From positions 960,001-1,024,000 of the forward strand of contig CBDFGR010000002.1 of NCBI GenBank assembly GCA_965247115.1: 64,000 bases of DNA, written 5' to 3'. Positions 1 through 7,192 of the stretch are shown here, one piece after another. The position numbers and the translations under genes are program-made. The DNA is from Myxococcota bacterium. GTDB lineage: Bacteria > Myxococcota_A > UBA9160 > SZUA-336. Each line of letters starts with the position of its first letter. Position 1 is the first letter of the stretch. Below the pieces are notes generated by a model. It made no database searches, had not been told where the DNA came from, and saw only the letters and a program-made list of their open reading frames with translations.

Positions 1-1
1 C

Positions 2-583
2 GCCCTGCCACCGGGCGGCAGGAGCCTCGGACACCCCGACTTCGACGCGGTGTGGGCGGCGGCCGAGGCGCTGGATATCTCGGTGTGCCTGCACCTCGTG
101 GTGCACGACCACTACCTCGGCAGCGACTGGCACCGGGACCGCAACCCTGGCTTCATGTTCCTCTCCATGAACAGCATCCAGGACCCGCGCATGGCTTTGA
201 CGACGATGATCTACGACGGGGTGTTCGAGCGCTTCCCCCGCCTGCGCGTGGCCACCGTCGAGGCGGGGAGCGGATGGGTCCCCGAGTGGTTGGATCGCTT
301 CGACTACCGTTACAGCTACATGGGTCACTCGTGTCCGATGGAGCGCTCCGCGAGCGAGACCTTCGCGCGCAACGTCTGGGTCTGCGCCGATCCCACCGAG
401 CGCACGCTGCCCTACACGCTGGAGCTCGTCGGCGACGACAAGTTCTTCATCGGCTCGGACTTCCCTCACGCGGAGGGCTTCACCGATCCCGTGGGAAAGG
501 CGCGAGAACTGCTCGCGAAGCTGCCTCCCGCCTCCGTCGATCGCGTGCTGGGTGAGAACGCCACGAGCTTCTTCCGGGTCTGA
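2..583 (+). CDS. Amidohydrolase_2 family protein, 5'-truncated by the window edge
   Basis: Motifs GVFERFPRLRVATVEAGSGW and GSDFPH; frame stays open back to position 2. Confidence 0.85.
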   Translation, partial: ALPPGGRSLGHPDFDAVWAAAEALDISVCLHLVVHDHYLGSDWHRDRNPGFMFLSMNSIQDPRMALTTMIYDGVFERFPRLRVATVEAGSGWVPEWLDRFDYRYSYMGHSCPMERSASETFARNVWVCADPTERTLPYTLELVGDDKFFIGSDFPHAEGFTDPVGKARELLAKLPPASVDRVLGENATSFFRV

Positions 584-645
584 GCCCGAGCGGGTGTATG
601 ATTCCCGCAGCTGCCGACGGGCGACGCACGCCCAGGAGGTTCGCT

Positions 646-1749
646 ATGGCGACGATCATCGACGGCGACGGCCACATCACGGAGCCGCGGGCAGTCTGGG
701 AGGAGTATGCGGAGCCCGCGTACCGGGATCTCGTGATCCAGCTGCGCCGAGGTGAGGGTGGGAACGACGACGTGTGGATCGCGGGGGAGCGGCGGCCCAG
801 CTCCAACCCCGCGCCGGCCTGCATACCCGGAGCGCTGGGCAACCCGGATCGGAGGGTGAACTGGGACGACATTCTCCCCGGCGGCTACGACCCCGCCAGC
901 CGTCTCGAGGTGCTCGACGGCGAGGGCTTCGACCAGGCGCTGCTGTTCCCGAGCATCTACCTGATCTGGGGCGACATCACGGATCCTGCGATCGCGGCGG
1001 CGACGTGCAGGGCGTACAACAACTGGCTGGCGGATTTCTGCAGCCACGACCCTGCGCGCCTGTACGGGGCGGGACTGGTACCGCTGCAGGACGTGGACGA
1101 AGCTGTGCGGGAGACAGCGCGCATTGCGGAGCTGGGTCTGAAGTGCGCCGTGATCCGGCCGGAGCGCATGAACGGCCTGGCGCTGCAAGATCCTGCCTGC
1201 CAGCCGTTCTGGGCCACCGCTGCAGACTGCGATCTCGCGGTCGCCCTGCACGGCAGCTTCGGCAGCACCATTCCTGGCTTCGGGCAGCAGCGCTACGACA
1301 ACCCGTTCTTCACGCACATGGTCTGCCATCCCTTCGAGCAGATGGCGGCCTGTCTCGACATTGTGTGCGGTGGTGTCCTCGACGCCTTCCCGCGGCTCCG
1401 GATCGGTTTTTTTGAGTCGGGACTCGGCTGGCTCGGGTACTGGCTCGATCGTATGGACGAGCACTTCGAGACCATGCGCCGCTTCACGCCCTGGCTCACG
1501 CGGCGGCCGAGCGAGCTGTTCCGCGAGCAGTGCTTTGTCTCGATGGATCCCGACGACGGGGACGCGCTCGCAGACATCGCCGAGCGAGGGCTCGGGCACT
1601 GCGTGCTCTTCGGATCGGACTACCCACACTACGATTGCGTCTATCCCGGCGCGCTGGCGGAGCTTGCGAAGAGCTGCGCGCATGTCGGAGCGGAGGTCCT
1701 CGGGCAGGTAAAGCTGGACAACCCGCGGCGCTTCATGGGTCTCGTGTAG
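646..1749 (+). CDS. Amidohydrolase_2 family metal-dependent hydrolase/decarboxylase
   Basis: IIDGDGH N-terminal metal motif, FPRLRIGFFESG, GSDYPH; AGGAGG upstream of ATG 646. Confidence 0.85.
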   Translation: MATIIDGDGHITEPRAVWEEYAEPAYRDLVIQLRRGEGGNDDVWIAGERRPSSNPAPACIPGALGNPDRRVNWDDILPGGYDPASRLEVLDGEGFDQALLFPSIYLIWGDITDPAIAAATCRAYNNWLADFCSHDPARLYGAGLVPLQDVDEAVRETARIAELGLKCAVIRPERMNGLALQDPACQPFWATAADCDLAVALHGSFGSTIPGFGQQRYDNPFFTHMVCHPFEQMAACLDIVCGGVLDAFPRLRIGFFESGLGWLGYWLDRMDEHFETMRRFTPWLTRRPSELFREQCFVSMDPDDGDALADIAERGLGHCVLFGSDYPHYDCVYPGALAELAKSCAHVGAEVLGQVKLDNPRRFMGLV

Positions 1750-1814
1750 ACCTGGCACGTGCGAGACGCGAGATTCCCCTCGAGTCCCCGCCGTAACAGG
1801 CCGATCAACGGGCA

Positions 1815-4046
1815 GTGACCAGAACTCGAGTCGAGATCGTCGAGGAGAACCTCGACGCCTACCTCCACGAGGCGACGCCCGCGCCCGCACTTCTCCCTGC
1901 GGATGCTCCCCTTGGCGCGGACAGCACGCTCTCGGTCCGCCAGGCACTCGAGCTCTTCGAGGATCAGGTGTTGAGCCGCGCCCTCGACGTTGCAGCGCGC
2001 GAGCTGCGCAGCGCGGACCAGGGCTTCTACACGATCTCGAGCGCCGGGCACGAGCAGAACGTTGTGCTTGGAGCGCTGCTGCGCCCGACGGATCCGTGCC
2101 TGCTTCACTACCGCTCCGGGGCAATGATGATGGCGCGCTCCCGCAAGCTGCCAGGCTCCGACCCGCTCTTCGAAACGCTGCTCTCGCTGTGCGCCTCGGC
2201 GGACGATCCCACAAGCCATGGCCGACACAAGGTCTGGGGCAGCCGCAAGCTCTGGGTGCCCCCCCAGACGAGTACGGTGGCCTCGCACCTGCCAAAGGCA
2301 GTCGGGATGGCCTTTGCGCACGCTCGCGCCCGGCGCCTCGGCCTGGGCACCGAGCTGCCTCCCGACGCGATCGTGTGCTGCTCGTTCGGGGATGCTTCGG
2401 TAAATCACGCCAGCGCGCTCTCCGGCATCAACGCCGCGCGCTACGCGCAGCGCCAGGGAGCGGCCGTACCTATCCTGTTCGTCTGCGAGGACAACGGCGT
2501 CGGCATCTCACTCGAGACACCGCAGCGCTGGATCGCGGATAGCTTCTCCGGCCTCTCACACCTCCAGTACGTACGAGCGGCCGGCGAGATCGACGAGATC
2601 TGGGATGCGGCGAGGGCCGCGATCGACGCCTGTCGCGGCGCGCGCGCTCCCGTTTTCCTTCACCTCTTGACGGTGCGCCTCTGGGGCCACGCCGGGAGCG
2701 ACGTCGAGACGACCTATCACAGCGTCACCGAGATCGAGCAGGTCGAGGCCCGGGATCCACTGCTTCAGAACGCACATCGTCTGATCGACACGGGCGCGGC
2801 CACGCCCGAGCAGCTGCGTGAGGTGGTCGAGGCAACGCGCGCCCGCGTCGGCGCGGCCAGAGCAGAGGCGGCGGCGCGACCGAAGCTCGCGAGCGTCGAA
2901 GAGATCGTGGCGCCGCTCGCGCGCTGCGATCTCGAGCGCTGCCGTGCGTCCGCGACGGGTCGAGCCGACGCCAGGGCCCGCGAACGCGCGTTCGCCGCGC
3001 AGCTCCCGGAACACGCCGCCGCTCCCAGCCGGCGCACGCTGGCCGCGCACATCAACTCCGCGCTCAAGGACGAGATGCTGCGCCGCCCCGAGATGCTCGT
3101 GTTCGGGGAGGACGTGGCAAAGAAGGGCGGCGTGTACGCGCTCACCGCGGGCCTGCAGGAGGCGTTCGGAAGCGGTCGCGTGTTCGACACGCTTCTGGAC
3201 GAGACGACCATCCTCGGTGTCGCCCAGGGAGCCGGCCAGATCGGTCTGCTGCCGGTCCCCGAGATCCAGTATCTGGCATTCCTGCACAACGCGCTCGACC
3301 AGCTGCGAGGCGAGGCGTGCTCGCTCTCCTTCTTCTCGGCCGGCCAGTTTCAGAACCCGATCGTGGTGCGGATCGCCGCGTTCGGCTACCAGAGCGGCTT
3401 CGGGGGGCACTTCCACAACGACAACTCGATCGGCGCGCTGCGTGACATTCCGGGGCTGATCCTCGCTGCGCCCTCCCGCGGCGACGACGCGGCTCGGATG
3501 CTGCGAGGCTGCCTGGCGCTAGCCAGGGAGGAGGGTCGCGTCATCTGCTTCCTGGAGCCGATCGCCCTTTACCACGAGAAGGACCTGTACGAGCCAGGAG
3601 ACGCAGGCTGGCTCACGGACTACCCCCCTCCCGGGCAGGCCCTGCTGCCAGGCGAGACCGGCGTGTTCCGAGAGGACAGCAGCGACGTCCTCCTGGTGTC
3701 GTATGCGAATGCGCTCCGCCTATCGCTGCGCGCCGCCCGAACACTGGAACGCGACTTTGATACGCGCGCTCGCGTGCTCGACCTGCGCTGGCTGAACCCG
3801 CTCCCGTTCGCCGCGGTGCGCAGACACGCCGCGGAGTGTGGCCGCGCTGTCATCGTCGACGAGTGCCGGGCGACCGGAGGCGGCATCGCCGATGCTTTGG
3901 TCGCGGATCTCGCGGAAGCAGGATTCCAGGGGCCCCTCCGTTCGATACGATCCGTCGACTCCTACATCCCCCTCGGCCCGGCCGCGGCCAAGGTCTTGCT
4001 CTCCGAGCAAGACATCGTCGAACGCACGCTCGAGCTCGCCCCGTAA
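1815..4046 (+). CDS. Fused alpha/beta E1 of a 2-oxoacid (branched-chain type) dehydrogenase, TPP-dependent
   Basis: FGDAS...EDN TPP motif, GHAGSD, VFGEDVAKKGGVY, EIQYLAF, GGHFH. Confidence 0.85.
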   Translation: MTRTRVEIVEENLDAYLHEATPAPALLPADAPLGADSTLSVRQALELFEDQVLSRALDVAARELRSADQGFYTISSAGHEQNVVLGALLRPTDPCLLHYRSGAMMMARSRKLPGSDPLFETLLSLCASADDPTSHGRHKVWGSRKLWVPPQTSTVASHLPKAVGMAFAHARARRLGLGTELPPDAIVCCSFGDASVNHASALSGINAARYAQRQGAAVPILFVCEDNGVGISLETPQRWIADSFSGLSHLQYVRAAGEIDEIWDAARAAIDACRGARAPVFLHLLTVRLWGHAGSDVETTYHSVTEIEQVEARDPLLQNAHRLIDTGAATPEQLREVVEATRARVGAARAEAAARPKLASVEEIVAPLARCDLERCRASATGRADARARERAFAAQLPEHAAAPSRRTLAAHINSALKDEMLRRPEMLVFGEDVAKKGGVYALTAGLQEAFGSGRVFDTLLDETTILGVAQGAGQIGLLPVPEIQYLAFLHNALDQLRGEACSLSFFSAGQFQNPIVVRIAAFGYQSGFGGHFHNDNSIGALRDIPGLILAAPSRGDDAARMLRGCLALAREEGRVICFLEPIALYHEKDLYEPGDAGWLTDYPPPGQALLPGETGVFREDSSDVLLVSYANALRLSLRAARTLERDFDTRARVLDLRWLNPLPFAAVRRHAAECGRAVIVDECRATGGGIADALVADLAEAGFQGPLRSIRSVDSYIPLGPAAAKVLLSEQDIVERTLELAP

Positions 4047-4200
4047 CCCCTCCAGCTTCGCACCGAGCTGACCTCACCGCCTACGAACGATCCGAAAGGG
4101 AGAGCCGGTGTGCCACCTCAACATGTTCACGCTGATCGCTCTCGGAATGGGCGCGCCTCAGAGCCTCGAATGCCAACCCCCACTGGAGCGCGGGTCCCCA

Positions 4201-4893
4201 TCAGGGCGAAGCACGAGCTGCTCCCGGTACATCCAGTGGATCGAGCAACCCGCACCGCCGCCACCCCTCCGCCAGCAGCCACGTGTGGGCGGCAGCGACT
4301 GACCGACGCCCCGAACGACGCTCGACCCGAGCGGTGCCCCGCTGCCAGCCGTCAAACCAGCGGCCCGATGAGGCGGGATCAAGCCGCCGGAGCGCCCTGC
4401 GCCGGTGCCGGGCCGCGTTGAGCAACACGTACCGGATCGCATTCCGGACCTCGTGCGGTGTCAGCAGCACCCGCATGTGGTAGCGATCCGCCAGCAGCCC
4501 GCCACGCCACCCGAACGCCCGCCGCATCGCCCAGATCATCCTCCTGCTGAGAGACTTCATCCCTCGACCGAGCGCACCCCGATCCTTCGCCTCGACGATG
4601 AGGTGAGCGTGATCCCTCAAGAGCGCGTAGTGGACGAGGCGAAACTCCCCCCGGTCGCACCCCCGTGCCAGCGTCTCCTCGAACGCCCGCACGAAGGCGG
4701 GAGCCCGCAACGACGGAGCACCTTCGCGCACCCGCAGGGTCACGTGACACGGATGCCTCGACGCGAGCCTCTGTCGACTTCTGTGACGAACCAGCGGACT
4801 CGGCCCAGGCTTGCGCCCCGCCCCCTCGCGCGGCCCGCCGTGACCTGCCAGAGGCCGTAGATCAAGGGAGAGCTGTCGATCTAACTTTCTCAC
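4201..4893 (-). mobile_element. HUH Y1 tyrosine transposase (RAYT/IS200-like), copy 1
   Basis: HVTLR, HYALLRDHAHLIVEA (HUH motif), DRYH, RNAIRYVLLN (catalytic Tyr); paralogue at 55613. Confidence 0.85.
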
Positions 4894-4898
4894 GTATT

Positions 4899-4939
4899 CA
4901 CCGATCGGTGTAGATTAGGGCTTTCTATATCATTGTCAA
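4899..4939 (-). promoter_or_regulatory. Sigma70-type promoter and 12-bp palindrome upstream of Y1 copy 1
   Basis: Minus strand TTGACA (4939-4934), 16 bp, TAATCT (4917-4912), then CACCGATCGGTG (4899-4910); conserved at 55566-55607. Confidence 0.7.
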
Positions 4940-4940
4940 G

Positions 4941-4988
4941 GGTAGGTCCTGGCACATAGTTTACAGAAGTCCGGGAACATCGTTTACA
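4941..4988 (+). repeat. IS481-type element end with two 20-bp direct repeats
   Basis: GTCCTGGCACATAGTTTACA (4946-4965) and GTCCGGGAACATCGTTTACA (4969-4988), 17/20 identical, just before the transposase ATG. Confidence 0.65.
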
Positions 4989-4996
4989 CCTGGGAG

Positions 4997-5496
4997 ATGC
5001 CCTGGATGGAAACGAATAAAGAAGATCAAAGGGGGAATTTCGTGATGGAGTTCCTGAGCGGACAGTGGTCGATGACCGAGCTCTGCGAGCGCTACTGCGT
5101 GAGTCGTCCGACCGGGTACAAGTGGCTCCACCGGCCAACGAGGGCCTTGCGGGACTCCGCGATCGGTCTCGAGCGCCCACGCGCTGTCCCCACCGCACGC
5201 CGGCGTCGATCGAAAATCGGATCCTGCGTCTGCGGGAGCAGTACGGGTGGGGCGCGAAGAAGCTGATCCAGGTGCTCGAGCGCCGGCAGCGCGAGGTCGC
5301 CTGGCCCTCGCGGAGTACGGTGAACGCGATCCTGGACCGTCACGGGAAGCTTCGAAAGAACCAACGGAGGAGACGCTGGGATCATCCGCGGGCCGCGGCG
5401 CTGCGAACCGATCGCCCCAACCAGGTCTGGCCCGCGGACTTCAAAGGACACTTCAAGACGCAGGACGGAAGTACTGCTATCCGCTCACCGTGACGG
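4997..5496 (+). pseudogene. IS481-family DDE transposase, frameshifted and 3'-truncated
   Basis: MPWMET...SMTELCERYCVSRPTGYKWL, frameshift, GLRDRSRAP...WGAKKL...PSRSTVNAIL...PNQVWPADFKGHF, frameshift, YCYPLTVT, then homology ends. Confidence 0.85.
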
Positions 5497-5619
5497 CTCC
5501 GAATCGAGGCAACGTGGCGATTTACCTTGAAGAATCGGCGCCAGGTGGGTGGAGCAGCGCTGCTAGTATGCAGCGAGAGCTGCCGGCTTTTCGATCGAAG
5601 GCTGGCAGCCTATAAGCCA

Positions 5620-6042
5620 GTTAGGCGACCAAGCATAGGGATTTAATGACCGACAGTGCAGAAGCAAGCCTTGAATTGATCATCGAGCGAATCGAGGGTG
5701 AGTATTCGAACTTCTCCGTCACCTCACGCTGGGGTCGACGTCAACTCATGCTAGGTCGGAAGATGTTTGCAACATTTTCGGAAATCGACATGTCGTTTAA
5801 ACTTGGGGAAGGACAGTTAAGTCAGGCGTATTCGCTTGCCGGCGCAGAGGCTTGGAATCCCAAAGGAAGGAAAAACCCGTCTAGGAGTTGGGTGCGGGTT
5901 CCCATTTCCCAACAGAAACACTGGATGTCTCTGGCTTTGGAAGCGGCAAAGCACATGAATGCGCATGGCGCCTAACAGGCGCATGAACTGCGCGCCTTCG
6001 GCGCCGGACGCAGCAAAGCCGCGCCGGTTATGCGGAATAGGC
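5620..6042 (+). mobile_element. Orphan integron gene cassette with eroded attC
   Basis: Core site GTTAGGC (5620-5626), low-GC ORF, complementary GCCTAAC (5970-5976) overlapping the stop, L''/L'-like CATGAAC...GTTATG. Confidence 0.7.
5646..5975 (+). CDS. Small cassette-borne protein, possibly TfoX-N/YjbR(MmcQ)-like
   Basis: 109 aa, WGRRQLMLGRKMFA...PSRSWVRVP pattern; markedly lower GC than flanks. Confidence 0.6.
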   Translation: MTDSAEASLELIIERIEGEYSNFSVTSRWGRRQLMLGRKMFATFSEIDMSFKLGEGQLSQAYSLAGAEAWNPKGRKNPSRSWVRVPISQQKHWMSLALEAAKHMNAHGA

Positions 6043-6052
6043 GCTGGCGCCT

Positions 6053-6910
6053 CTAGCGTCCGGGGTACTCGTAGAAGCCGCGTCCCGTCTTGCGGCCGAG
6101 CAGGCCCGCTTCCACCATGCGACACAGCAGTGGGGGCGGGGCGTAGAGGGGCTCCTTGAACTCCTCGTACATCGACTCCGCTACCGCCATGGTTGTGTCG
6201 AGACCGATCAGGTCGACGAGCGCCAGCGGGCCCATCGGATGGTTGCAGCCCTTCACCATTCCCGCATCGATGTGCTCGGCCGTCGCGAAGCCGGACTCGG
6301 CCATGCGGATGGCAGAGAGCAGATAGGGGATGAGCAGCGAGTTCACGATGAAGCCGGCCCGATCCTGAGATCGGATGACGTGCTTGCCGAGCACCTCTTC
6401 GGCGAACGTGGCGATGCGCTGCGCCGTCTCTTCACTGGTGAGCAGCGACGGCACCAGCTCGACAAGGTCGAGCACGGGGACGGGGTTGAAAAAGTGGAGC
6501 CCACACACATGGGCCGGACGTCCGGTCTCCACGGCGAGCTTCATGATGGGGATGGACGAGGTGTTGGAGGCGAGGATCGCGTCCGGGCTCTCCACGACGG
6601 AGTCGAGCGTGCGAAAGATCTCGACCTTGGCGGCCTCGTCCTCGAACACGGCCTCTAGGACGATCTCGCGATCCGCGAGCTCGGCGAAGTCGGCGGTCAC
6701 TCGAATGCGCTCGAGCGCGACCTTGCGCTCCACGTCCGAGATCTTGTGCGCGGAGAGCGCCCGGTCGATGGAGCGGGCGATGCGGACCAGCCCCGCGTCG
6801 GCTGCCTCCTCGTCCCGCTCCGCGACGACGACGTCGAGCCCAGCGCGCGCGCAGACTTCTGCCACTCCGGAGCCCATGAGACCGCAGCCCACGATGCCGA
6901 TTCTCTCCAT
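6053..6910 (-). CDS. 3-hydroxybutyryl-CoA (3-hydroxyacyl-CoA) dehydrogenase
   Basis: GIVGCGLMGSG, ASNTSS, GLHFFNPVP, HPMGPL; real start MERIG at 6910. Confidence 0.92.
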   Translation of the reverse strand: MERIGIVGCGLMGSGVAEVCARAGLDVVVAERDEEAADAGLVRIARSIDRALSAHKISDVERKVALERIRVTADFAELADREIVLEAVFEDEAAKVEIFRTLDSVVESPDAILASNTSSIPIMKLAVETGRPAHVCGLHFFNPVPVLDLVELVPSLLTSEETAQRIATFAEEVLGKHVIRSQDRAGFIVNSLLIPYLLSAIRMAESGFATAEHIDAGMVKGCNHPMGPLALVDLIGLDTTMAVAESMYEEFKEPLYAPPPLLCRMVEAGLLGRKTGRGFYEYPGR

Positions 6911-7192
6911 GCCGATCCCCCTGATCCGTCGCCGTGGGTCCTCCGCCGCGACGGGCTCTGGCAAGAAGTATAAGCCACTAGCTGGTGGTGGGATTCCCCT
7001 ACCGTCCGCAAGAGGCGCTGCTGGCCGCATCTGTCGCCTCTCGGAGCATGCAAAGGCGTAGCTGACCTTGACGGGGCGGCTGATGAGGGGAGAATCTCGT
7101 AGCTGGAGGACAGTGGGAGCTCGCCATTGCTCCAGACTCCTCCATCCCCGCGTTCGCGGGGCTCGCCCCCGCGCCGCCGCGCGAGGATTCAC

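Noticed and set aside
466..2295. 609-aa minus-strand ORF and similar long overlapping ORFs (16125-17729, 34491-36137, 52604-53965, 58732-59973)
   Set aside because: Shadow or alternative frames of well-supported genes, expected at high GC, with no recognisable motifs
4201..4893. IS605/IS607-type element with TnpB or IscB
   Set aside because: No RuvC-containing ORF next to either Y1 gene
4997..6050. Complete integron
   Set aside because: No tyrosine recombinase (intI) in the window
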